A DNA stretch of 64,000 nt from the human T2T-CHM13v2.0 reference genome, Homo sapiens. The position numbers and the translations under genes are program-made. The stretch lies in the NCBI RefSeq assembly GCF_009914755.1, contig NC_060932.1. The stretch is one strand, 5' to 3'. Shown one piece after another: positions 1 to 14,001 of the stretch. Position 1 is the first letter of the stretch, and the number at the start of each line of letters is the position of its first letter. The notes below the pieces were generated by a model. It ran no database searches. It was given only the letters and a program-made list of their open reading frames with translations, and was not told where the DNA came from.

Positions 1-539
1 CCCAAGTTTGGCCTTGGTAATCATGTGCAGAAAGACAAAAATTTCTATATTCCTTCTTGAAATGTTCATTCCCCTTTATCTCAGAAAGACGTAAAAAAGG
101 TCTCAATTCATAGCAAACACCTTTGGGCTTCCCATCATTCAGAACCTTAGGTTCTTATACATAGAGCTTCAAAGCTAAGGTAACTTAAGTCAGTCTCAAC
201 CACTACTATTCTTTGGGGAGGACAGGATGGGTGATAGGAACATACATGCTCATCATTGAGATCATGCTACTTATTTCATAGTAAGGACACTGAGCCTTAG
301 AATTCGGAAGTAAATGTCCAAAGCACATAAGAGTTTGTACTAGGAATGTGATTAGAATACTTTTCACCAAGTTCAGAAACTCTTCTAAAATTCCACTAGA
401 GAAAGAAACAGGATAATATTTAATAGCATGATCAATGGTTCCCGGAAACTCACTGGCACAGGTAGAAATAATCAGTTTCCTGTCTCCCAGTCCACTCAAA
501 TTTCCCTTGACCACATTAAATCACTGACCAGGCTTATGG

Positions 540-1130
540 AAAACTGGACTGCAGTCTGCAAGGGCAGTTGGATAAGATGAGGTAGGAAATAAGTAACATG
601 AAGAAATGTAGAAGAAACTGAGGCTGCTTAACCTGGGAAGAAAAAACCCTAGGTATGGGTCCATAATCACTTATCTTCAGATATGCTGAAGATACTTTAG
701 TGTGTGAGTTTCAAAATTAATCCAGCTAGTGTTTATGATCATATACTGTGGAGCTTAACTGGTTGAGTTTGAATACCAACTCTTTCTCTTACTTAATTTT
801 TCTGAGCCTAGTTTCCCAGTTGTCATGGAGATGTTTGTAGTATCAATCTTAGAATCTTGATGTGAGAATTGGATAAATGTTTACATTTAAAATATCTAGC
901 ACAGGGCCTGGTAAATAGAAACCACTCTGTGTATAACATATCACTATGAATATTCCTTCAAGATACAGGGCCTGGTCCAAAGTGGAAAAGTTAACAGGAA
1001 ACTGAACTCAGTCCCAAGTCAGAGCATTAGGAGTCAGAATTGTCAGCAAATAGAAGAGGTTGATCTAGAGGGATGGAATTCCCTGATATTGAAAGTGTGC
1101 AAACAGAGGAACCCACTTAGCATTCAATGA
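540..1130 (+). mobile_element. Ancient L3/CR1 LINE 3' remnant interrupted by a MIR (~720-945)
   Basis: GAAGAAACTGAGGCTGCTTAACCTGGGAAGAAAA...TCTTCAGATATGCTGAAG and later GAATTCCCTGATATTGAAAGTGTGCAAACAGAGG resemble the L3 3' region; the intervening TCTGAGCCTAGTTTCCC...GTGAGAATT...AGCACAGGGCCTGG is MIR-core-like. Highly diverged, boundaries approximate. Confidence 0.5.
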
Positions 1131-1181
1131 CATCAATAACAAGGAAATTAAAATGAATCTGGCATTCTTTTTGAGATCTAA

Positions 1182-1565
<384 letters not shown>

Positions 1566-1628
1566 TTAATGACCATTGGTCAAAGTAATATTCCTGGTTG
1601 AAATTTTCAGCCTTACATTATCAATGAT

Positions 1629-1741
1629 AGGCTGACTGTAGAATATGTTGTCTAGGTAAGAATGATTTTCAGAGGAAAATGCTGATGGTATTAATAATTA
1701 TGCTGGAACTTTGCTGGGTAAACTAGACCCTGTAATAACCT
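1629..1741 (+). mobile_element. MER94-like hAT-Blackjack remnant
   Basis: Core TATTAATAATTATGCTGGAAC...GGGTAAACTAGAC with degenerate AGG(C)TGAC / TAACCT ends, matching recalled MER94; diverged. Confidence 0.4.
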
Positions 1742-2084
1742 TGGTTTCTGACTATTTATGTATAACTGGATTGCATTTATGTAAGCAAAAAGTATATGTA
1801 TTTATGTTATATAAGAAACCAGTATAAGACAAATTCCATCTTGAACCCATCATGAGGAATGGCATCAAGACCAATTTTATTTTAAGATGTGAAGCTGTGG
1901 GACTGAATTTAGATTTTAAAAATATAATATGAATATTTCAAGAATGGTGTCATTTGGAACTGCACTGTCTACTCTTAACTCTGTTGTTAAGAATCCATTT
2001 CTATGTGGTCAATACTGCTCCTGGATTAGGCAATGCCACAGACTTCGTTCATTACATAGCTCCTTAAATCTCTCTCTCTCACCA

Positions 2085-2388
<304 letters not shown>

Positions 2389-3043
2389 GATAGTTCCTTA
2401 TCTCTTAAACACAGTCTCCTGTTAGCAATCAGTAGTCCTCCATTTTCTTGGTCAACGGTTCACCTTTATTTTGTTTGAGATATCGATAAATGATCGTGGA
2501 GCGGGGAAAGAAACAAAGGCCAAAATGTTTATCTGAAGTATCTCAAGATGTTGAGAGAACAGAGGAAGAAAACAGATGACTCAAATTAAGGCAAATATCT
2601 TCAAATTAATGAAGATGCCCTGGAAGAATGCTCATTCCTTTCATGACTATATAGCATAGGTGATTATGATGGCAGAAAGGAGTTGGAAAAGCGAGGACAT
2701 GGAGATAACTATATTTCCTTCTTGCTGGAGGAAGATTGAGACCAGTTAAGAGTGAGCATGAAATACATACACATACTTGGTGCCCTCTCTATGCCTAGTG
2801 CTGTTTATAGACTCTATTCCATTTAGGGCTATTCAAGAGGAAGCATTCTCTATCCACTGTAAGTGTCCTGTCCCTGGAGTGTGCTAATGTGGTCCAAATG
2901 ACCACCTAGAGGGCATGTCACTGAGACAACTCCAGTGTCTCATCAGGAAGAACTAGATAACCCTTAAAGTCCCTAAGAGTTAAATTTCCAAACTTACTTT
3001 AAGGGAAAAATAAAAATTAAAATTAAAAAAATTAAAAAGTCCC

Positions 3044-3394
<351 letters not shown>

Positions 3395-5304
3395 CTACCT
3401 ACAAGAACTCTTTGATATATTAGCCGACCTTAAGTAAATGGTGAAAAAAAAAAAATCTCCAGACTGTATCTATATGTCTATATGTAGATCTGTGTCTTTG
3501 TCTCTTTATATCTCTCTCTCTCTACCTAGCTAGATTAGTGTACATTGGAATTAAACTTAATGACATTATTTGAATCTGTTTTTTCCCTTTCATTTTCCTA
3601 TATGGACTACATCTACTTCAATAACATTAATAATGATTATATTTTCAAACTCCTCTCTATTTTATGCATACCTTTTTCATATATATCATTTCATTTCTGC
3701 CTCGTGACAATAAAATTAGGGAAAGACCTTCATTCTTCACTTAGCCACCTTCAGAAAATAGTTCAGTTTTACCCACTAGACTGGGTAAGAAAACGTTTAC
3801 TCATAATATGATTTAATTCCATCTTTTGCCACTTTTTTCCAGATGTAATCACCACGTTTCCTCTGCAGAATTATTGACACAGAACTGGTAAGCATGTCCC
3901 CTTGAGGAGAAAAATCACCATAAATAACTTCTCTTTAAAGAGAAAGGCATATTGTATTTTTATAGCAGACAATGTGAGTGCTTGTTCAATACAGAATGAT
4001 GCTCAGGTCCCCTCTGGCATTCAAAAACCCAGTGTCAAGCTCTCTCAAGCCCAAAGGTAAATCAGAGAAAAAAGGATGACTTCATCTTTTTGGAGTGAAG
4101 TTTTGGCTGCCACTGGAAATTCGTAAAGCACCAAAGCAAGAAGAATGTCTTTATTTCTACCTTTGCAATCTGTTGAACCCATGTAGAGTAAATGAAGGAA
4201 AAGTTGTAGTTAATCCATTTTCAATTAGCACTCATTACTTCATCAAAAAGAATATTTTTCCCAATGAAAATAGTATTGTTATTTTTAAAGTTTGGCTTTG
4301 AAAAATATGAACATCTATGCTAAATAATTTGCAACATTTGGAAATTATTCTGCCATGAGCAGCAATGCAGTTCGAATATCACCTTGAAACAGAGACTGCT
4401 TACCTGTCTCTGCCCTTCTGGCCATTAAAAATGTGACTTGTATACTTAGGAATGTTCTGTCAGGCAGTATGATAAGGTATGATAAATAAAATACCCCTTC
4501 CCTGCTCCAATTTTGAATAAATGAGAACTAACACTTGGAAAATACATGGCAACCAGAGAATCAACATTTCATATTTATTACTGACAAAGATAGACTGGAG
4601 GATACATACCATGGCAGCTAAGATGAGCTGGTTTGATCCCCATCTAATTCCCCCATAATCCACTTAGACACAGGAGAGCCCACCCAAGTAACACTTGAAT
4701 CTGCAGTCACACTTAACCAAGCATGTTTCTCACTTTTTCACATGCATGGGATAAAGAGAGCCAATAAAATGCTAGTATTTAAGATATTTGAGAGATTTAA
4801 GTCTATCCATGCAGGACATGTGGACTAGTGGCTGTGGCCCACCTGCCATGTAAGTAAGTCCCTCCAGGACTACAGAATCTTTTTCTGGTTCAAAATGGGA
4901 GGAGAGTTTAGAGAAAATTCTTTAAAATAAAAACTAGATAAATGGGGGAACAAAATATCTCTTTCTAAAATGAATTACTCAATAATGCATATTGAAGAAC
5001 ACCTAAATGAATCTGTTAATTAAGTCACTTTTGATAGAGTTAGAATATTTTTGAGTGTTATTAAACCTGGGGAATAAAATAATTTTAAAAGCTATGTTTT
5101 ACTACATGCGCTTATAGAAAATGGGAGATCAGTAGTGAGTTGACATGTGTTGAAGAATTAGCATGTATTACCTCCTTTTCTATGTACTTTATATCATTCT
5201 AATTCAATTAGCCAGAAGGTCCTATAAGGAAGGTCTTATTATGTTTCTTACTTACAATATTTGGAAATTGAGACACAGGGAAATGGAGCAACTGCCTGTG
5301 TGAG

Positions 5305-5460
5305 TGTCTTAGTCCATTTTGTGCTGCTATAACAGAATACCACAAACTGAATAATTTATAATAAATAGCCATTTATTTGGCTCATGGTTCTGGAAAAGTC
5401 CAACAACATGGTTCTAACATCTAATGAGACTCTTTGTGTTAGGAAAAACATCTTCATGAA
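5305..5460 (-). mobile_element. ERVL-MaLR LTR fragment (MST/MLT1A-type)
   Basis: TGTCTTAGTCCATTTTGTGCTGCTATAACAGAATACCACAAACTG...ATTTATTTGGCTCATGGTTCTGG is the characteristic MaLR LTR terminus. Confidence 0.75.
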
Positions 5461-5532
5461 TGTTCTTGAAAAAATATGACATCGCATAGAATTATGGGAG
5501 TGCAGCAGCATCAATCTATCCTGGTATGTTTT

Positions 5533-5838
<306 letters not shown>

Positions 5839-7361
5839 TATCCTGGTAGGTTTTAATCTCCTTGAGAACAGAAACTATGTTTATTTCAACATTATTACAC
5901 TAGGGGAGGGACTTGAATAGTTGACCAATAAATATATATTAAGTATTAAATAAAACAGTCTTCATGAATTTCTAAATAATAGCATAAATTAACTTCCAGA
6001 TGCCATCATCATTCTGTGATTATTATCAACAATTTTCTATATCCATGGAGACTCACTAAGGCCAGATACAGATGAGTTATGAAGACTATCTGGATATCTG
6101 GAGGGTATGATAAACCAGCATGAGATTTTGTGTTGTGACCATACCTGTTGGCCAAAGGTCAACAATCACATAGGTAAGAATAAGTGCACTGAGAAACATC
6201 ACTCAGCTTCTGGGGTGAAAAAAACTAAAAGGAATTAGATACGTTTTTCCAGATGATATCCAAGCAATATGGTGATAAAGCAAAGGGGGTACACTTGGGA
6301 AAGCAAACTATAAGTTTGGTCATAAGCACATGATACAAATAGAAAACAAGGGTATATCTGCTCACTTACACCTGAGTCCATTTCTAGCATGATATTTTGC
6401 CATAAGACATACCTTGAATTCTACCTTGGACATTGGTGCAAAATGAAGCTGTAAGTTGGAATGGAGAGTACAGGAGACATAAACTCTCATTCCTCAGGAA
6501 AAAATTCTAGTGCAAGTATCAGTACCTCCTAGTAAATAAGGGTTCTGCTGATGGGCCTGAAGCATAAATGCAGTCAGCCTTAGGAAGAATTGGCTCTGGA
6601 ATTATACAAGTATTCACTTTCCAAGGATGACCAACTTTCTTCCACTGGTCTCGATAAAATGGCAAGGGATGATGAGTTCAAATAAACAAGGGTGCCCAAA
6701 TTTAATGTATAGGAGTTCACGGTTGATTGTCATATTTCTCCAGCCTTCAGATACTCCTGTTTGAAATCTGCCTTTGCAATCACTAGGCATGTGAATCAGA
6801 TTTGATCACTAGCCATCAGAGAGCACCAAAAAAAAAAAAAAAAAAAAAATAGAGTATGCCAACAAGATTGTCTCACCTCTAAAAGTAAATAACAATACCA
6901 TCTGCCATATTTAGGTTGTTGTAAGGATTAAAAGAGGTTATAAATCACATAACGCAGTGTCTATTACCTAGGAGAGTGTTGATAGAGGCTATCTGATTTT
7001 TAAACGAAATAGTGATTAAAACAGTTTAATAGCCTTAATGCAGCTGAATTGCCCACTATCACTCGCCAGATACCTGTTTACTGAGGCATAGTTTTGGTCA
7101 TAGAACACACGTAACAATGCCATCGAATAATATTTATGCCACTAATGCAAGCATCCATGGTCCTCGAATAGGGTCCAAGCCATCTTTTTCATTCTAATAT
7201 TTTGCTGTGCATGCCCAATGTGCATGCTAAGCAGATGGAAGTGGAATCTATTTTCCATACCCGTGATTCACATTTATGTCTTATGTTTTTCTCTGAGATG
7301 TCAGGAATTCTCAGCCGTGGGCCCTGTATTACTTCCAGGAGTAACTACATGCATTTTAAAG

Positions 7362-7551
7362 CAGAAGTTGGCACACTTTCTGTAAAGGATCTGATAGTAA
7401 AGATATTAGGCTCTGTGTCCACAGTCTCTGTCACAATTACCCTATGCTGTTGTTGCGGCACAAAAGAAGTGGTAGACATACATGAATGAGAGTAGCATTT
7501 CAATAAAAACGTATCTACATAAACAGGTTGTAAGTGGTTTGCCATCCTCTA
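7362..7551 (-). mobile_element. MER58A (hAT-Charlie MITE)
   Basis: CAGAAGTTGGCACACTTTCTGTAAAGG...TAGTAAA..ATATTAGGCT...CAATAAAAAC...GTTTGCCATCCTCT matches the reverse complement of MER58A. Confidence 0.75.
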
Positions 7552-9169
7552 CCTTAAGCCATACCAAACAGCTAGGTTAAAAATGCTGTCAGGAATTTGC
7601 ACTTATGAACATGAAAATTAACTCCAGGATCTGAATTCAGAAGAGCATAAAATGTCTCTCTGATGTCTCAAAGATTTTTTGCCTAGTATAACCTGTTTTA
7701 TTTCTTTTTGCTTTCTGCCAGAGTGTGATTCTAACTGAGAATGTAAAAATTACAAAAGATTCCCTGCTGCTGATGGGAAAATGAGCGAGAACCAATGGGT
7801 AGGAGATCCTGACATGCCATTGACCTAAACTTCTAGTGGTGCTGCCTAGAATTAGAATGAGATTCTCTGTAACAAAAGACATTAAGTTTCTAACAAATTG
7901 AAAATTCTTAAAAGGGCCAAATTTTCAACCTTATGATTATTTTTTGTGTATCACAGAAGTCTTTTCAGTGTAACAGAAATACAGAGATATTGGCAACAGG
8001 AAGGCAGGTGGGTTTATATTTATACTCCACTTTTTCCCCAAAAAATTAATTCTTTTGACACATTTAAAAAATCCTACCATATTGTAAATACTATTCATGA
8101 TACTGGGAATAAAATAATAAGCAAAAACCAATACATGGCCCATGTCATCATAGCACTTGTACTGTACGAGCTTTGTGATCTGGATAAAAGTAATGGACTC
8201 TTCTGAGGTTCAAAACTGGTTTATATTTTGTCAAGTGGAAGGATTTAATGGACATTTGCTATATGAAGTTCTTCACATAAATGAAGGTAATTATTAGATG
8301 CCTAGACATAGTGGTTCCCTTCTCTATATCCAAAATCACACCCTTTTATTATTCCCGATTAAAGACATATAACATGTTGCTTGCAGTATAGGCAAAAGCT
8401 TATTACACTAATTAAGACTATAAACAAATTATGAATTTTTTATTTCTTTAAAAAATATTAAAAGATGCAACTAATTATTGGTACCTTAGTAATATATTTA
8501 CAAGTTAAAAATATAAACAACTGCAAGTTTATGAGAAAGGTAAATTTGTCGGCAAATAACCACTACAGATATAGTTTAAAAAAACTTAAAAATTGATAAG
8601 TACTCATAACAGGTCTATGATAAGCCTGGAGGATGCCTGGATTTTGTGGAATAGAAGGGCCTCTGACCTGTATGTGGACATCTCTTCTACTATACAGGAG
8701 GTTTAGGAAAGAATGACTATCCTTTGTGTCTTTTGGCAGGGGGTAGAAAGGTGAGGTTACTTGGTCAGGTGGAAATGGATTTGATATGGTTTATAAAAGA
8801 TCTGAGCCAAAGATTCTGAGTTTAGGAAAATAAGCCCTGCTGCTATCTCTTGTCCAACTAACGCTTCCAAGTACTGCCCATAAGAATTTAAAAGAAATTA
8901 AAAGAAGATCCCCAAATCTCTCTTGAATTCCCTCAATATTATGATGTTTGGACATCGTTGGCTTACCATCCTCTGAATGTTTCAGACAAATCTGAGCAAA
9001 ATCTTATCAGGTTAGCTTTCAGTCTGACAAAGTCCCATGATTACAGAAAAGGAAAAGTAAATTTTAGATTCATATAATCACTCACGATTATATTTTCATT
9101 TACTTTAATTCTTTTTTTGGACAGAAATAATTTTCAGTGTATTAATGTAATAATCATAATTCTGAGTAA

Positions 9170-9282
9170 CTTTTCTGTAATGACTTCCATCATGATCTAA
9201 ATTTAATTATAAGCACACTCATGATTACAAATAAGTCAATAGTTTATTGGTTCTTGCCTTGCAGGAGCATTCCAAGCAGAGA

Positions 9283-9343
<61 letters not shown>

Positions 9344-9873
9344 CATACACATAATCGCTATGTCTTTTCGTGAGAAAGTTTTCCTTCTCATAATGACAAA
9401 AGAGGTCCAAAGTGCTCAACTTGGTACCAGGGGATGCTGCATTTGGAGACGTATCATTGGTCTATGTTGTTGGGAGTTTAAGCATTCAGTTGTGATGAAG
9501 TCAAGCCAACCTCAGAAGTGGAAGTCCATATTGTTGAATCTATGACAAGTCTGCCACCATGGCCACTTTGTACACGTTCAAACTGAGCAAGCACAAGAAT
9601 GGCCAGGAAAGAGGCTGACATTTCAGAGAATACCACCTTGTACACCTTTGTACTGACAACTTTCTGAATCTGTAAAGAAGTCACATGACATACAAATAAC
9701 TTCAATGTCTGTGTCCACTTCTATAGGTCCAGCTACACAGCTCTTCTTCAGATCACTTTGTGCCAATATTTGTATGTCTTTGAAGTCCATAACCATCCCA
9801 CCAAATTATTAGCAGCTACTCAGAAATCAATAAGGATCCGCACTTCTGGCCAACTTTTGGTCCAACAAAATAT
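9170..9873 (-). pseudogene. Decayed ERVL-class retroviral pol fragment (RNase H C-terminus to integrase zinc finger/core start)
   Basis: Hand translation of the minus strand gives FCWTKSWPEVRILIDF*VAANNLVGWLWT...VI*RRAV*LDL*KWTQTLKLFVCHV...LAQFERVQSGHGGR / QQYGLPL / TTECLNSQQHRPM / WYQVEHFGPL. This aligns with recalled ERVL pol FAWKEKWPDVRLYTDSWAVANGLAGWSGT...EIWGRGMWMDLSEWSKTVKIFVSHV...AQWAHEQSGHGGR...QQHGLPL...TAECPICQQQRPT...WWQVDYIGPL. Multiple stops and frameshifts. Confidence 0.85.
9284..9343. repeat. Compound microsatellite (TG)~19(TA)~11
   Basis: Directly visible; lies inside the ERVL pol remnant. Confidence 0.97.
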
Positions 9874-11869
9874 GGAAGGTGATATAGAGAATCATAGAGC
9901 AGGATCTTAGGTAGGCAGACAGTGTGTCAGATAAGCAGGGAATATTTAATGTTGACTTTATGGAAGGAGTGAGTATAGCAGACACCTAGAGGAAAGGAAT
10001 TCTGGACACAGAAGGAACAAAGGAGGACTTACTTAGTATGTTTTAGGGACAGCAAAGAGCCCAGTAGGGAGACAGAGAGAATGGAGGTGGGGGCGGGAAA
10101 AAAACAGTGACAGCCAGACAGCCTAGCTGTCTGAATTCTCCACTATAACACAGGCTCCAATGTTAGTCAGATAGCAAAAATCCTCACCTTCCTTCAATCT
10201 CTATGATAACACTTATGTCACTAATTGCAAGCTGTCTCAATTTTTCTTTCTTTTTCCTTTTTTTTTTGTGAAAGCTGATGCAATGAATGACCACAATATT
10301 CAGTCAGGAGTTTAAATTTCAAGCCAAACCTTTTCTAATTATTGGCTTTGTGATGTCAGTAAAAAATTGCCAGAGCTTAATTCTACATCTGTGAAGGATG
10401 ACTGTAATTCATAATGCACTGTTTCTTATGAGCTTAAGTAAGAAAATGTTTTTGAAAAAAATTGCTTGCAAATGCTAGACACTGTATCCATGTCCAATGC
10501 AATAGAAATTCAAGTCCTCTGCTTTCCCTTTAGCAACTCTAGCTTGGAAGAAAAATAACATCATCACAACCATGATGAAATAGATCCTGATCACCATCAC
10601 AAATCAATATTTCTCTAGTTTAGTCCTCACAAACAACTGTGGAGACTCTAATTTCCTGTACTTCCTCCCAGCTAGCTCAAGACAAATCTTTAGCAGGTAG
10701 GTACAGTGATCCTGGCTGCTTAGCATAATCCTGGTTTTCTGGAGCATACTATAGTATTTTCAAAATATTTGTTAGAGAAATTTTGCAGAAGCCACTGAAA
10801 GTTGCTTTACAGCTTCTCATCCTAGAGACTTGCCTGGTATTGCCTAGGGCTACCATTAAGAAAACAATTTAAGTAGCTTATGCCAGAGGGCCTGAACTCT
10901 GTCTTTTCTCTCTCTATTTGACTTGCATAACTCAAACCAAATGGGCACACATCATCATTCTTTACTTCTACCAACAACTGATTGACTAATACTTCATTCA
11001 TTCAGTAACTATTAATATTTGTCAAAGACCTTCCAGACTCCATGTTAGGCTCTGTATCATTGAACATATGATAAGAAACTAAATGCCAAGTTTCTTGTCC
11101 TTATGGGGCTTTTATTTCAATGGAGAGAGGAGAAGACCATAAGAACTACAGTGTATTATGGATAATATTATTTAGGGAAAGTACTGTTTTTAATAAAGAA
11201 ATAGCTTGAGAGTTGGTAGGGTAAGTCACTTAGCAGTTATTTTCTCAAAGAAGGTGTTTACACTAAGAAACATGTCTTTGTTCTTATACCAATTAGTTAG
11301 ATGACTCTAAAGTCTAGTTTACGAAGGACAGTGCTGGTTTATCCTGTTATCTAAGTGTTATTATTAACAGCACTCCTTCACCATGGGGTTTAGAAGATAA
11401 ATCACAAAGTCATACTAACAATATGGGTTCTATTAAAAAACTGATAGCTCTAGTAATATTTTACATGAGACTGACGTCAGTCCAGCCATAATACTTGTAA
11501 AAATTTTAATATGTTCCAACCCTATTACCTATATTAGGAAACAATTTGAGGATAACACTAATTTTCTGATTGATTATATGTGATCTTGTCTGTGAGACAA
11601 AGAAAAGTGCAGCAGAATCAAGTTTTATAGGAATACGTAAAATGCTCAAATGTCAAGCATGTATGAGCGACCTCATTTTCTACCGGGATTATGAGTCACA
11701 CCCATTCATAGATGGTGTTACACCTTTCTGTCTGATTTCAGGTCAACATTCTTTCACCATTTCACAATATCTCACTAGTTGGAGCCCAACTGAAACCCAA
11801 GTCCATAGGTAAGCTCCAAGCATTCTTCAAAGTAAAGTGCCACACTTACTATAGTATGTATGTAGATCT

Positions 11870-12346
11870 TGACAGAGCAGGAGCATCGTCATCTTGGACA
11901 AGCACTGCCATTCGAAAATTTCCCTTGATCAAAAACCACCTAAATCCAAAGAGCATCAGCCTAATGGCTAAGGTCAGCATGATCATAAACCACAAATGAC
12001 ATCTCCAACAAGAAACATTCTAACCCTAAGATAAACCCCTCCATGACCAGAGACATGCCAGCCCTGAGATAACCTCCCCTCCAGCTGGAGAGATGTCAGC
12101 CCCAAGATAACCTCCCCTCCAACCAGAGACATTCCAATCCAGCAATAAACTTCTCCCTGACACAGAAACATTCTAAGTCTGTGATAAGTTTACTCACCCT
12201 GAACCGTTAAATACTCCTAGTCTGTGAGAGAGTGCTACTGATGGAAATCGGCCAGAAGCCCATCTCAGGTTTATTCTCCAAAATAAACCTGTCTTTGACT
12301 GTTGAGCCGCTTTTCGTGTTTCTTTCCTCTTTCTTTAACTCTTACA
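11870..12346 (+). mobile_element. Solo ERV1 LTR (LTR19-like; subfamily tentative)
   Basis: TG...CA ends (TGACAGAGCAGGAGCATC...TTAACTCTTACA), AATAAA near 12282, internal 38-bp repeats; 5-bp TSD GATCT/GTTCT (4/5). Confidence 0.8.
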
Positions 12347-12707
12347 GTTCTAAAACATTTAATATGTAAAACTGCTACTATCTTTGTATTGGATCCCTAT
12401 CTTTTCATTGCTTTTATGATTCACTGATGAATTGTTTTAATCTTGTGTCTCCAACCCCATTCTTCCTGTACGTTCTGTGGTTTTTATTGTACAATTTTAC
12501 AAAGTGTGGTGATTTTTAGGAACCCAGAGCTCTCATTATAGCAGAAGTGACTATAGTTTCTTATTGATTCAATCATACATTCTTTTATTTAACAGCAACC
12601 AGTTATTAAAATCTTCTTGATTCACAATAATTAGTTTAAATATCATGCTTTGTGTCCATCCAATGAGACTTTGTGATTAACTTCCCTGCTTTCCTAGACA
12701 GCAGTTA

Positions 12708-13449
12708 TGTGGCAGGCCAGGTCTCCCTAATGGCTGAACAGGCAAACCTCCATACCAAGAGTTTCAGCACTGACTGAGTGGTTAAGTTAAATATTAAAAG
12801 CTGAAAGAGCCAGTGCCCTTAGACAAAGGCTGGGACGTAACCAAAGCCCACCAAGAGTTTTTCCCAGGCCTTTCCTGGGCCTTGAAGCATGACAAGATAA
12901 TGAAGGAATTCTTAACAGAACCCAGTTAGAATTAAGCAAATTTTATTGGGGGTTTGAAGAAATTCCCTAGGCTTCCACAAACAATCCCACAAACAACTTC
13001 CACAAACCCCAAATTTTATTTGGGGTTTGAAGGAACTCTCCAAACCTCCATGATTTAGCATGAGATAAGATAAGGGTAATCACCACAGCACCTGGATCCA
13101 TTTAGTTTAGGTAAATTTACTGAGGCTCTAGAGGAAGGTCTTCAGGACTCAGATCTTAGTTACACATTGAAAGAAGTTAATCACTTATGTCTTTAGATCA
13201 ATGTGCATAGACATATAGCTTAGAAGGTGTATAAGCTTCTAAGCTATATATACTTACATGTAGAAATATAGCTTAGAAGGTATATAAACTCTGGAAAACT
13301 TTGTAATTTTTGAGTTGGTCTGGCGATATTTTCCAGGACTTCTTCTGTACCCGATTACAGAAATAAACTCTCTCCTTTCCCAGTTCATCTGCATCTCCTT
13401 ACTGGGCTGCGAGAATGAACAGCCCAACTCTTAGTTTGGTCTGGGAACA
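12708..13449 (+). mobile_element. Solo MER50 LTR (ERV1, MER4 group)
   Basis: TGTGGCAGGCCAGGTCTC...CAGCACTGACTGAGTGGTTAAGTTAAATATTAAAAGCTGA...TTTGGTCTGGGAACA; perfect 4-bp TSD GTTA (12704-12707, 13450-13453); TATATAA near 13281 and AATAAA near 13362. Confidence 0.88.
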
Positions 13450-13627
13450 GTTAAACACTCAGCTCAGCTCTCAACTGAACAGAGTCAGGAAAGTAAAAAT
13501 AGGCAGTAAAAAAAAAATAATGTTGTACGTTTCTACTACACATTATGTGTTTCACTTAAATAACATTTAGTTAAACCCTATGAGGTGGATTTATAAACTC
13601 ATTTTTATAAGTGAAGAAAAAAGTTTA

Positions 13628-14001
<374 letters not shown>

